Below are positions 12,160 to 25,341 of a stretch of 64,000 nucleotides of DNA, piece by piece (within the stretch, counting starts at the first letter, position 1; every line of letters begins with the position of its first letter). The notes under the pieces were generated by a model. The model made no database searches, was not told the DNA's origin, and saw nothing but the letters and a program-made list of their open reading frames with translations. Position numbers and translations under genes: made by a program. The DNA is from Octopus bimaculoides (taxonomy: Eukaryota): NCBI RefSeq assembly GCF_001194135.2, contig NC_068998.1, forward strand, positions 53,941,945 to 54,005,944, written 5' to 3'.

Positions 12160-12400
12160 AGAGCATAGATGTAAAGACACTTTGTTTCACGTCGACCCAG
12201 TTGACACAGCTAGCAAAATTGACTTGTACCTGTAACTGAAAAGGGCGAGCCTGGATGCATTCTGCGTCGCGTTGAATTTCCCGGTTAAGACTACGCGATT
12301 CTGCGAAGTGCTTATCCACTTGAACGTATAATTTCACAAGCAGGCAGTTCCATTTATCGGGTCAATTGGAGCCGGCCTCCATTTGTAACTGACGAAGTAA
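12160..12400 (+). mobile_element. SINE family C, diverged copy
   Basis: ttgtacctgtaactgaaaagggcgagcct...gttgaatttccc...gtgcttatccacttgaacgtataatttcacaagcaggcagttcc...gtaactgacgaagt is colinear with the other family C copies. Confidence 0.65.
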
Positions 12401-12612
12401 CAGTTAGTTAAGAGTATAAATAGGATAACCCAACTAAGTATTTATAGGAGTTCACATAGCGCTCAGCAGTCGATGTGATGTGTGTGTGGAGATCTATAAC
12501 CTTCAAAAGCCAGACGCTCCGGTCGCCAGAGTAATGTATAACACATAGAAAGCTTCAGCTGTTCTTTCACTGGTTTCTGAAATATTTCCGTGACTTTACC
12601 ATCTGCTCTACG

Positions 12613-12667
<55 letters not shown>

Positions 12668-14338
12668 AATTAGGTTTGACTCGTATATACTTGTGAATTT
12701 ATGTGGATATGTATTATTCGTATGGGTATGTATAAATATTTGCATTTATTTACAATGTGGTATATCATGCTGAAGACGCAAAGGAATTTTACATATCTAA
12801 GCTAGAAATTGATCTATAATTAACTCCTTTTTTTAAAAATTCTTCCTAATTCCTTTTCTCGCTTTCAACGTGTGCTAATGGAGTACAAGATATGGTTTCT
12901 AGAGCTATTTGGCGTCTATATCAAGCATGTTGGTGTTGTTTATCAGCAATAGAATCATATCTATATAATTATAAATTAGTTTATAGACATACATATTATA
13001 TATATTATTATATATATATATTATATATATATATTATATATATATATTATATATATTATATTATATATACATATATATNNNNNNNNNNNNNNNNNNNNNN
13101 NNNNNNNNNNNNNNNNNNNNNNNNNNNNNNNNNNNNNNNNNNNNNNNNNNNNNNNNNNNNNNNNNNNNNNNNNNNNNNNNNNNNNNNNNNNNNNNNNNNN
13201 NNNNNNNNNNNNNNNNNNNNNNNNNNNNNNNNNNNNNNNNNNNNNNNNNNNNNNNNNNNNNNNNNNNNNNNNNNNNNNNNNNNNNNNNNNNNNNNNNNNN
13301 NNNNNNNNNNNNNNNNNNNNNNNNNNNNNNNNNNNNNNNNNNNNNNNNNNNNNNNNNNNNNNNNNNNNNNNNNNNNNNNNNNNNNNNNNNNNNNNNNNNN
13401 NNNNNNNNNNNNNNNNNNNNNNNNNNNNNNNNNNNNNNNNNNNNNNNNNNNNNNNNNNNNNNNNNNNNNNNNNNNNNNNNNNNNNNNNNNNNNNNNNNNN
13501 NNNNNNNNNNNNNNNNNNNNNNNNNNNNNNNNNNNNNNNNNNNNNNNNNNNNNNNNNNNNNNNNNNNNNNNNNNNNNNNNNNNNNNNNNNNNNNNNNNNN
13601 NNNNNNNNNNNNNNNNNNNNNNNNNNNNNNNNNNNNNNNNNNNNNNNNNNNNNNNNNNNNNNNNNNNNNNNNNNNNNNNNNNNNNNNNNNNNNNNNNNNN
13701 NNNNNNNNNNNNNNNNNNNNNNNNNNNNNNNNNNNNNNNNNNNNNNNNNNNNNNNNNNNNNNNNNNNNNNNNNNNNNNNNNNNNNNNNNNNNNNNNNNNN
13801 NNNNNNNNNNNNNNNNNNNNNNNNNNNNNNNNNNNNNNNNNNNNNNNNNNNNNNNNNNNNNNNNNNNNNNNNNNNNNNNNNNNNNNNNNNNNNNNNNNNN
13901 NNNNNNNNNNNNNNNNNNNNNNNNNNNNNNNNNNNNNNNNNNNNNNNNNNNNNNNNNNNNNNNNNNNNNNNNNNNNNNNNNNNNNNNNNNNNNNNNNNNN
14001 NNNNNNNNNNNNNNNNNNNNNCATGCATATATATACATACATATGTATATACATAACGTATATGATGTGCATGACATGCATATATATACATATAACGGTA
14101 TATTATGTATTTAGGCAGCGTTCGGTCATTGGAAATAAAGCTGATATTATTCAGTGTCAGATGAAAGGATAGGAAACCTATTTGTTATCATAGCATTCTC
14201 GTTATCTAAAGGTCAAAGAATAAAGAGAAAAACAAAATGAATTCTTCTCTAGCCTTATTTCCATTGACTCTGCAACCGTCTAACATTCTTGCAGCTGTTT
14301 TGATTTTGTCCTTTCTGTTGCTCTTCTTGTTTGATTAG

Positions 14339-14439
14339 ATTCTTGGGTTCCCAGTACAAGTGCAGAGACGAGGGAAGATAAAGCAGAAAATTTATTTGCA
14401 AAAAAACTATCACGTCATTGAATTCCAATTCTGTTAAAG
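14339..14439 (+). other. Candidate exon (product unknown, possibly non-coding)
   Basis: Acceptor ttctgttgctcttcttgtttgattAG and donor AAAG|GTGAGA. All three frames contain a stop unless the A7 run at 14400-14406 is really A8. Confidence 0.25.
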
Positions 14440-14572
14440 GTGAGAATTGAAATTTAGTAGTAGCACCACTGTTCGCATTTCCTGATATCACCCTCAGAAT
14501 CCATAATAAATCTTCAAAATCTATTGCGATTAGAGTATTTTTCTTTTATTTTCTTCTCTTATTTTTCTGCAG

Positions 14573-14845
14573 GTTTTCACGGCATAAATGAAGTGAATGT
14601 GTATTAAGATTAATAAGTGCAGCAGATATTGCTGCGTGTTTAAAACAAGTTCACTTTGCAAAGATGTGATTCCTAGGTCAACTCTACTGCGCGGCATCTT
14701 GAGTAAATATCTTTTACACAGATTCCAATTGACTAAAAGTTTGTATGCGGAATTGGACTGTGTTTTCTGTACTCGTTTATCAATTTGTCTACGCTTTGTT
14801 TGCAATGTCCTGTACCCAGATATGCATCTATATATACAGGTAGAT
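14573..14845 (+). other. Candidate exon following a 133-nt intron
   Basis: 30-nt pyrimidine tract plus CAG at 14570-14572. GTAAGT at 14846. An ATG-initiated open frame starts at 14597. Confidence 0.25.
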
Positions 14846-14906
14846 GTAAGTATGTACATACATGTACGTATATATGCATATACTCATTTATTATTTGTAT
14901 TATATA

Positions 14907-14943
<37 letters not shown>

Positions 14944-15247
14944 CAAAATGTAACCACATGTGAATCGTTGTCGATTTTCTTCCTCCGTTTTCCTTTCTAT
15001 TGGACGTTCCTCTGTTTCCGAAGAAGAGCGTCTGCTAATACTTTACACGTACCACGTCTTCCCGTTGTTGATCCAAATCTCGGCCACCCAAGACTCGTAG
15101 GTTCCCTCTGTGTTGTGCTGTGACGCATGCAATCGACCGGGCACTAGTTTCGATCCATTCTTTGATGTTGCCAGCCAACAAGCCTCCTTAACGGTCTCTT
15201 GCTCCTTTCCAATGCACACTTCCTACCAAGATGATTTCGGTCAATGA

Positions 15248-15390
15248 CTTACATACATACATACATACATACATACACACGTACGTACATACATAATACA
15301 TACATACATACATACATACACACGTGCATACATACATTCATACATACATACATACATACTTACATACATACATAAATACATACATATATG
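15248..15390. repeat. Degenerate (TACA)n tetranucleotide repeat
   Basis: Visible run. Confidence 0.92.
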
Positions 15391-17359
15391 CATATGTACG
15401 TATAGATATGTTTATATATTGTAATGTCTCGCACATATAAAAGATTCTGTGTTGAGAATCTTTTATAACTTGACATTATTCACGTAATTAGATAAATCTC
15501 CCTCTGTAGGTGACTGACATTTAAACACACGCAATATATAACTTACTGAATACATTAAAATGAATTTTTAAAAAAAAACATAACAATTAAAGTCTAGAAA
15601 AGACTATTCTCTTTTAGCTAAATGTTGAAGGCACTGGGTACGTTTCGATCTTAGTTGACTTCCTCAAATAAACATAGTTTTACTTACACTTAACAAAACG
15701 TAATATCATCTTTCTCTCTCACCATGTTGCATGTTTGCCGATGTCGCTGACTATGGACTCTCATTCCCAATCCTGATATTTTATCATTTTTGTTGGACAG
15801 ATACGACTGCAGTTTCTCTTCGCCTTTTGTCGGTAGAGGTACACTTTAATCTGCGGGGTTTTGCCCTAAGAAGTTTACAATTGAACCGTAGAGTATATTT
15901 AACCGCTAGGTAAAGATACTGGCTCGCATACCCATGAAATATGCACACGCTAGTGGGCTTGTGTCACTCAGCCGGAAGGCCAATCTTTCTGTGTCGAGGA
16001 TGCCTAAAGCACAGGGCCTCACTACAGACTTCACTCGAAATAGATGCAATATTTTACAGAAGTAAAAGCACTTTCCTTCATTAGTTTACTTAAAATAAGA
16101 GTTCTATAGTTATATCGAATTCGATGTTGGTAAATTATGCACGCTAACTGCTTTATCAAATTTGCAGCAGATGATGTGAAACCCAGACCGTCTATAGGCT
16201 CTCTATAACCGATCATTAACGAAAACTATGGGATACAGAGAGCCTGATGAGGTGAAGCCTCAACACGCTTCAAAAAAGTCACCTTAAGTGCAGCCTTTTA
16301 AAATTCCCATCGATCTGTTGTCGGTGCTATCTTACCCACAAATGGGGGGTTTTATTCTTTATATGTTTGTCTTTTTTAGTTTTTCAGTAAGAAGAATGAA
16401 TATATTATTAATATACAATACTTATTCTCAAATACTGTTAAATATTATACAATGCATCAATGTACGTCCCGTGTGAACACCTCGATATATTTGCTAATAT
16501 TATACGTTCTTCGAGTCTGATTGATTAGTTTGTTGGTAACAGTTTGTGATAAATTACTATATACCACCTCGTTGTATAGGACAACTTCATGCATAGTCAG
16601 AAAGTCGATTGATGGGTTACTAGGAATTATTCAATTGGTCCTTTCACACATTTGCACAACATAACAAAATTACACATACACACAAACACAAGTAGTTAAG
16701 AAATACATACATACAAACGTACGCACACACACACACACACATACACACACACACACAGAAGCACAAGTATAAACACAAATAATACTAGAAATACAAACAC
16801 ATAATATAAAAAATACATAGTTTCTAACACATATAAAAGTAATACACACACACACAATATTAACAGATACACACGCGCGCGCAACTTTCGATGGATTGAA
16901 AACAAAACTACTCCGACGAGATTTCAAATTCTAAAATGTGATGGATTAAACTAAATTTTGTGTTATGCATTTGTTAGTTCAGCGCCCAGCCCACTCCATT
17001 TCTCGTTACCTCCCCCTCTTACCTCCCCCTCTAGTGTCTTCATTTTTCAGTCTCCTTACAAATACAATTAACACATTTCAATACAATAATTGGTGTCACC
17101 AAGCTTGAGAGACATCGGTGGGTTGCGCTTTTCCTAAGGAACGGACTCACTCAATGCTCTCCGTCTTTAAGTTGGTGCTTCTTTAAAACGAGTGGCGTTT
17201 ACGAAGAGTCGGAATCTTTTTCTAAGATAATTAGCAATGTCATTAAAGATAATTAGTAATGTGTAGTGTCAAGTCGTATTTCTTGTATGCCAAGTGGTCG
17301 GCTTGCTTCTTCAAATTGACATAACAATCAACTCGGGTGAATGACACGATTAATAATCG

Positions 17360-17576
17360 ATGGCCTTCAGCCCCCAACTATCACCACCAACACTACCACC
17401 ACGTCTTCCATCGACACCACCATTTCCACCGCCACCTCTGTTTCCAGTATCCCCACCACCACTACCACCAACACCACCATATTCCAAAGTAGGAAGAAGA
17501 AATACTTGTTGAGCCTTCTTAACGAAATTCTCTGCAAACACCATTATGCTAAACATAACAATTACAATCATTACCG

Positions 17577-17610
<34 letters not shown>

Positions 17611-18164
17611 CATCATCGCCAGCATCACTATTTCCACTACAACCAAAGCAACTACAACCACCACCCCCATCATCATCATCATCATCATCATCAAATTACC
17701 GAATTCTATCATCTCCTTCGGAGATGTCTTGATGGTCTCCTTCCGCCTCTTTTCTATTCCTCCCCCTCCTCCTCTTCCAACGCATCATAATCTTCATCAT
17801 CAGCATCATCCATCTTTCATTATCCTGGGGATCGTAGACATCCTCTTCCTCATAATCTTACGCCTCCTCCAAACCCTCACGTCCCCCCCCCCTACACACA
17901 CACTTCCTAATCGTTATTGTCATGAAACCATCAGAGACAGAGAGACTGAGTGATTATGCGATTATTGCTGCACGCCTCGCCAACACCTCTTCCTTCGCAC
18001 AAAAACCCATCGCTCTATCCATAACCATCACCACCATCATCATCATCATCATTGTAGTCTGATCGTCCCTGTCATCATCATCATCATCGTATTCATATTC
18101 ATATTCACCATCATCGTAAGAGCAGTCGCACTAGCGTCTTCTTTATCATACACAATAGAATAAT

Positions 18165-18215
<51 letters not shown>

Positions 18216-18365
18216 CACCACCTTGGTCGCCGTCATCATTATCATCGTCAGCACCGCCGCTGTCATGGCCGCTATCGTCGTCATCGGGATTGTTGACGTA
18301 ATCCAAATTATCATTGTCGGCATTATTATCATCTTCCGTCGCCTTGCATCCTCCTCATCATAATC
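17360..18365. repeat. Long mosaic of trinucleotide simple repeats (CAC/CAT/CGT/CCT/CAG)n
   Basis: Visible runs; ORFs here encode only poly-His/Thr/Asp/Ala/Met stretches. Confidence 0.9.
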
Positions 18366-18712
18366 GGAATTATCATAACCCATCGGAGAGTAAAAGAGAA
18401 ATATGTGTGCGTGTGTGTTTATGCATACATACGTATACATATACATATATAGGTACATATATACATATATATATATATATATATANNNNNNNNNNNNNNN
18501 NNNNNNNNNNNNNNNNNNNNNNNNNNNNNNNNNNNNNNNNNNNNNNNNNNNNNNNNNNNNNNNNNNNNNNNNNNNNNNNNNNNNNNNNNNNNNNNNNNNN
18601 NNNNNNNNNNNNNNNNNNNNNNNNNNNNNNNNNNNNNNNNNNNNNNNNNNNNNNNNNNNNNNNNNNNNNNNNNNNNNNNNNNNNNNNNNNNNNNNNNNNN
18701 NNNNNNNNNNNN

Positions 18713-18756
<44 letters not shown>

Positions 18757-19550
18757 CATAGAAATAAATATATATACGTGTGTGCGCATACATACACACA
18801 CATATGAATATATATGAATATGAATATATAGATATATATATATAAAGAGAGAGAGGGGGGTGATAGACAGATAGATACAGATAAATACCATACATACACA
18901 CACACACACGGACACACGGACACACACATACATACGTAGAAGCTAGAGTTGAGAGTCAGAGGCATAGAAGGAGAGTCTGCTAGGGATATCTATTTCGATA
19001 TAGAGAGTGTGTTTGTGTGCGGTCATTATTCCAGGCCAAGTAAAGAAGAATTAGCAATTACCATTCCGTTTGGCTGTCACTAGAAGATAAATATGCTCTG
19101 CTATCGCATTTCTCTGATTCCTCTCATCTAAAAGCCATTTCGTTGTTGTCCTTTTCATCTCAGCAAATATTCCTTCTTTTTGAAATAGATAACTCCCTGG
19201 TGAAAGTGTTGCGTATTTTCAGAAATGGCCTTCCTTTGAAGAATATTCTTCATTCAACTTCTGCCTCGTATCTCGAAGAGGCTATTCAAGGAAGTCCGTT
19301 GACAACTTCTCGCTACTCACTCACCATGACATCTTCGCATTCACATTTCACTCTTTCACTTCCCTTTTTCCCTAACTCTAGATTTCTGCCTATACACATA
19401 TATGTGTGTGCGTGTGTGTGTGTATGCGGTAAGTTTGTGTGTATGTATGGTATTATATATATAGGTATATATATATATATATATGTACATATGTATGTAC
19501 GTATATATGCATATACATATATCATACATATGTAATACATGTACACACAT

Positions 19551-19582
<32 letters not shown>

Positions 19583-20485
19583 CATCAGCAGATTGACTTA
19601 CATAGGTGTATATGTGTACATGCATATATTTTTATGAATGTGTATATATATGTGTGTGTTTGCATGTGTGCTTGTGTGTACATATATATATATATATTTA
19701 TATATATATATGTGTGTGTGTGTGTATGTATATATAAATGTATATTTATATATATATATACGTGCATGTATGTATGTATATATATGTGTGTGTGTGTGTA
19801 TACATATATGCATCAATTAGTTTATACACAAACGAATGTAATTGACGGTTTGATAAACAATGAATGTTTCCACGAAAGTAACCGACTGCAATTAATCCAA
19901 AGATCCAATGTCTGCTATCACAATCATTATTAAATATTTTAGATGAAGAATTCTGCTCCACCCCAGTATGTTTTTGGATTCGATACCATTATGTGGCATC
20001 GTGGGTTTGTAAGTTCCGCCAAAATCTCACATTAGACTGCAACCTTTAATTAATATCTGATTAAAAAATATACTTTTATGGAACATCATCGGAGACATTT
20101 TTAGTGTTTCAGTTGTCAATTTTGAGATCAATTCCCAATTGATAATTTCTGTTAAAGCGGATGCAAAACCTGGCAGTTTTTCTAGGATGGTCACAACAGA
20201 TTTAATCAATATTTCTGGAAGTGATATGCAGCCTCTTGTTCGTCTCGGAGAGGTGGTAATACAAAATCAATCCCAGCGGTATGTTAATCTAAAACATAAA
20301 GTGACGTAACTAAGAACTGTACAACCCATTTTGTTCGACACGCTAATATTTCTGTCTTTCAAGATTGTCATTTTATAATTTTTGGTTATTCATTTATTTT
20401 TAAAGAATTCATTCGAAATTCAATCCATTGTTCATAACGAACAGGAAATAGGTGCGGTTGTGGTTGTCTACTATGACCCCTCGCT

Positions 20486-20648
20486 ATCGGGGTCGATGAA
20501 AATAAGTACGAGTTGCGTACTGGGGTCATTGTAATTGACTATGCCCCTCCCTCAAAATTCTGGCCTTGTGTCTATGGTAGAAAAGAATATTATTACTATT
20601 ATTATTTTATTATTAGTATTATTAACAGAGGTATTATCGTTGTTGCAA

Positions 20649-20713
<65 letters not shown>

Positions 20714-20715
20714 AC
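20486..20715 (+). mobile_element. SINE family A 3' half, with a (TAT)n tail followed by a (GTA)n microsatellite
   Basis: ggggtcgatgaaaataagtacgagttgcgtactggggtc...ggccttgtgtctatggtagaaaagaatattatt; (GTA)n at about 20651-20712. Confidence 0.8.
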
Positions 20716-21547
20716 GTAATAGCAGATTGGAGATATAGTACTGGACGCACCACTGACTTACGAAATATGCTCCACTTCAACAGGAAAGCGCTAGAGCAAA
20801 GTCAAACGCGGAAAAGCCCCCCCCCCCACAAACACCCACACACAAACGCACACCCTCACTCACCCTTTCCTACAGTTACATGTACACATCCCTTATCTTC
20901 CGTCTCCGTAACGAAACTTTCACTATTTATGTTATATTATAAAACGAAAATGACTATAATCAAAGCAGGAATTTGGAATTAATATTTGGCTGGCCAACCC
21001 GGTCAAATTGCGCAATGTGTCATTGGAGGGCATTACAGATGACGCATTCAATAAAATTATTCTAGCGAATAAGACGTATTTNNNNNNNNNNNNNNNNNNN
21101 NNNNNNNNNNNNNNNNNNNNNNNNNNNNNNNNNNNNNNNNNNNNNNNNNNNNNNNNNNNNNNNNNNNNNNNNNNNNNNNNNNNNNNNNNNNNNNNNNNNN
21201 NNNNNNNNNNNNNNNNNNNNNNNNNNNNNNNNNNNNNNNNNNNNNNNNNNNNNNNNNNNNNNNNNNNNNNNNNNNNNNNNNNNNNNNNNNNNNNNNNNNN
21301 NNNNNNNNNNNNNNNNNNNNNNNNNNNNNNNNNNNNNNNNNNNNNNNNNNNNNNNNNNNNNNNNNNNNNNNNNNNNNNNNNNNNNNNNNNNNNNNNNNNN
21401 NNNNNNNNNNNNNNNNNNNNNNNNNNNNNNNNNNNNNNNNNNNNNNNNNNNNNNNNNNNNNNNNNNNNNNNNNNNNNNNNNNNNNNNNNNNNNNNNNNNN
21501 NNNNNNNNNNNNNNNNNNNNNNNNNNNNNNNNNNNNNNNNNNNNNNN

Positions 21548-21587
<40 letters not shown>

Positions 21588-22129
21588 TGTATATATACAT
21601 ATATACATATATATACATATACATACATATATATGTATATATGTGTATATATATATAAAATATATGAATACATCTATATAGATTTATATATGCATATATA
21701 CATGTGTGTGGTTTTGTGTATGTGTGTGTCTCTGTGAATGTGTGTATGTATGCATTGTTATATATTAATGGCTATGAACTTGTCCTAAACAAATTGAGGA
21801 GAAATCATTTCAAGCAAATTAACAAAGTCTATGAATTATAGACATATAATTGTCTCCTTTTTCTATGAACACACACACACATACATACACACATACACAC
21901 ATACACATACATACACGTACATATACTGACAAACATACACACATACGCACAAATACACACGTACACACATACAAGCACCACATCGACAGTTATATACTTA
22001 AACGATAATAATATTAATGATTTCGCTTCTACGATGATTTATGAATAAAAATGAAAATTATAATAATATCTATGACAATATTTGTTATTGTTATTATAAT
22101 TATTATTGTTATCAACATCATCATCTTCA

Positions 22130-22420
22130 TGATAATAATAGTAATAATTCATTATTATTATCATCATCATCATCATCAAGATAGGATATGCCATTTCAAT
22201 TAGCAGGAATGTTATCTTGATGCTTGGTGAAAACAAGTCTCCTGAAATCTCAAGAATTTTTCTTAGGATTCTTGCAAAATACAGGACGGTGCTTCCCGAA
22301 GGTCGACAATGCGAGTTTTAGTTCGAATATCCTTCTGGTCTTCCGATAGCATTTCAGGCGTCGCACCAAGTGCACCAATTGCAACAGGAATAACCGTTCT
22401 GTTAAGCTTCGATAGAATAA
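22130..22420 (-). mobile_element. R4/Dong-type (restriction-like-endonuclease) non-LTR retrotransposon 3' end, decayed
   Basis: The minus strand translates as VIPVAIGALGATPEMLSEDQKDIRTKTRIVDL, then after a frameshift TVLYFARILRKILEI. This matches the R4/Dong ORF C-terminus (V.PV.IGALG...RI.ELQK..L..ARILRK.L) and runs into a (TGA/TAA)n tail. Confidence 0.8.
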
Positions 22421-22943
22421 CTACCAGAATCTAAAAAAACAATAGGCCCTGTATTCGAATTGTTTCCCTAATCCCCTCAAAGCAGTGCATGGCCACAGCA
22501 TGACCAGAGCTTGAACAAAGTCCAATGATTGAAACTAGTCGAAGATCAATAGTATATTTACTTTCCGCTATTTTCGTGTTTCAAAGCGTAAGTTAGATTC
22601 AGTCCATTAAAGTCGAAGCTGGCTTTCTTTTATGTTACCATAGCGACTGAGTAAATTAAATTGTTTAATACATGGTTGTTTGGCTAGCTTTTGTGAAAAG
22701 AATCTCTTGGTATATCCGGTCGTACCAGGCCGTGATTCTCCGGAGATGTTTGTGTATTATTAACATGAGGAGGTGTTTCCGTTAATCCGGTTTCATTGAT
22801 TTTGTTAAGGTCATGTCTATTTTCGTTCATATTTCACTTAGATTTCCCTCAATGTTTAACTCTGTCAACTCTGTATATTCTCTTATAATCTACATTTTCA
22901 TTGCATTCTTTATATAAAGGCCGAAGTCATACTGGATTTAGAT

Positions 22944-23270
22944 GTGGATGCAGTTTGTCATGGTTGTGTTTTGCATGGTCATTATACGAATTCTGGCGGG
23001 GAGCAGAGTGAGACTTACGGATCATGTTTTGCAACAACCAGAAGGATGAATCCTCAATACAGTTATAAAATGAGAACCACCAGAGTGACAAAGAAAGGGA
23101 GACCCGAGATGATACGGGGCGCCAATTTCAAAAACATTAATTTCGCGGCACCTGAAGAAATGCAGGCGACTATGCACAGAACCAAAATGATTCGAGGGGA
23201 ATTCTTGCCACCCAATATACAAGTCAAAATTCTACGGGAGGAGCTCAGTCGGAAACTAAGACACTATGTT
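22944..23270 (+). pseudogene. Open frame of about 105 codons, possibly a decayed retroelement ORF1-like fragment
   Basis: Non-repetitive, stop-free frame (KMRTTRVTKKGRPEMIRGANFKNINFAAPEEMQATMHRTKMIRGEFLPPNIQVKIL) with higher GC than the background. Family assignment is a weak recollection only. Confidence 0.25.
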
Positions 23271-23342
23271 GTTGTTGTTGCTGCTGTTGTTGTTGATGTT
23301 GCTGTTGTTGTTAAGTGTTTTCATTACACACACACACACACA

Positions 23343-23388
<46 letters not shown>

Positions 23389-23652
23389 AACACATGCACA
23401 CCCATTTATAAGCAAGTTCTACGCACACGAGTAGAGAGCCTTATGCCGCTTGCCAGTCTCTTTTCCTTTTTGTGCACCACATTATCCTCCGTAAATTCTC
23501 CACGCAGACACTCACGCAATACCAACCAATTTTCTTCTTCTTTAACTACCATGACAACTTCTGGGTAACAAGGGCACAACAAAATTCTCTCTTCCTCAAC
23601 ATACAACCTCATCACGAAATAAGTTCTCCCCCATAACGACAATATTTATTAG

Positions 23653-23878
23653 GGCGGCGAGCTGGCAGAATCGTTAGCACGCCGGCCGAAATGCTTAGGG
23701 GTATTTCGTCTGCCTTTACGTTCTGAGTTCAAATTCCACCGAGGTCGACTTTCATCCTTTCGGGGCCGATTAAATAAGTACCAGTTACGCACTGTGGTCG
23801 ATGTAATCGACTTAATCCCTTTGTGTGTCCTTGTTTGTCTCATCTATGTTTAACCCCATGTGGGCAATAAAGAAATAA
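23653..23878 (+). mobile_element. SINE family A, well-preserved full-length copy
   Basis: tRNA-like head with an A-box-like TGGCAGAATCG and a B-box-like GAGTTCAAATT. The body aligns with more than ten other copies in the window. Confidence 0.92.
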
Positions 23879-23899
23879 ATATTTAGTTTCAATAATACT

Positions 23900-25250
23900 C
23901 ATTTCTTTAATAATACCTCACATACTTCATGGCTTTTTGGAATGCGGTCGGTTTTCTCTTTCTGTTTCCCGTCTTTTTGTATCCAGGGCTCTGAACTGCG
24001 TTCGTCTTGTCATGATGCTCTGCTTCCATTACTTTCTTCAGTTTGTTGTCTTTTCTGGTATATTTTTACTGTGTATTCTCTATGAATTGCTGTTTCTCTA
24101 TCCGGCATTTTTATAGCTAGTTATATATACATATACTTATAGGCAGCCATATACTTAAATATATCTTTTCTCCTTTTCTCTCCAGGCCACCTACGTCAAT
24201 TTTCAAAAACGAATGCATTAGGTGCCCAATGGTATCCGTGTAACAGTAGACGGGTAACACTTGTTATTCTTCTTTGATCCAGTTGCATCATTAGCTTCGC
24301 TTTATTTTCATAAACGCTCGTAGTGAGAAGTCGACGCTTCTTGAGGGTTAACTCCCTTGCTAGGACAACACTTTTGACCCTTGTATTAGATGTTATTCGT
24401 CGCACGGTTGTATTAAAATCATACTATAGTATTCACCTGAAATAATTTTCCATCATATTGCCCCGTGCATATAGCTGTCGACGCGACCGTCTCTACAAAC
24501 ATATCTGGACTCGACAGCCACTGGTTTTCCGGAAATACTTTAGTCAAATTGTTTCACTGCACTCTTTACAATGGCTGCACGTGATGTTAACCTCTATTTT
24601 ATGTCTTATTTTTCGTTTGTAATTATTTGTAGCCAAGAGTTTTTTTTACGTCATTGCTAGTTTTCGCTCTACCTTACTTCCTTCCTGTAGATTCTTCCGG
24701 GATATTAGAGATGGAATGTTTTCCCCAGTCCTTGTTTTCTTTCTTATATTTAGAATTCAATTCTCATTAATCTTTTCTTTTGTTTTAACTAATTTTTCTT
24801 TCTCCAAATCTGTTATGAAGTATATTAATTTCCCGTTTCTACTTTATATATAAAGAAAAATTTGTCTTTCTTCGTTTCCTTCTTGCATTAATCTGTTTTC
24901 CTTTGCTTTCTTGTAATTCTCTTCCAATACATACCGTTGTTATTTTGTAGCCGTTTTCTCTTTGCATCTGAACCCGGTTCTCCTGTATACGGAATAAGTT
25001 AATAGTGTCTTTGATGTTATTTTCTTTCCTGTGGTGGCTAATGTATTTATACTTGTTATTTTATTTCTAAAATCTACTTCCGGTTGAGTTTTCAATAATA
25101 TTCTGACTCTTCTGTAATCTACTTTTCTAATGTTTCCTTCAGTTCTGCGTGTTGTCTTATTTGTCTCATCTCCATCTAAACTGCATGGGCTCTTTGGTCG
25201 GTTTCTAATTTCAGTCTACCTACTTCGGTATATTGTCATATTTCCTATTT
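23900..25250 (-). mobile_element. Highly decayed purine-rich retroelement-like coding relic (ORF1/gag-like?)
   Basis: Strong strand asymmetry. Broken minus-strand frames include LEENYKKAKENRLMQEGNEE and a possible degenerate zinc knuckle (I*YKGQKC..P). Many stops. Confidence 0.3.
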
Positions 25251-25277
25251 TAATTAATTTCCTCTGCTTATAAAGGC

Positions 25278-25341
<64 letters not shown>

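Noticed and set aside
15015-15040. CCGAAGAAGAGCGTCTGCT, resembling the 5' half of the 26631 motif
   Set aside because: The GAAA half is missing; too little remains to count.
15636-15668. Minus-strand TTGAGGA-AGTC-aactaa-GATC-GAAACGTA
   Set aside because: It needs three changes to restore the core and stem II, and stem I cannot pair.
16244-16285. CTGATGA followed by a TGAAGC/GCTTCA hairpin
   Set aside because: There is no GAAA after the stem and no stem I or III. It may be a destroyed hammerhead but cannot be supported.
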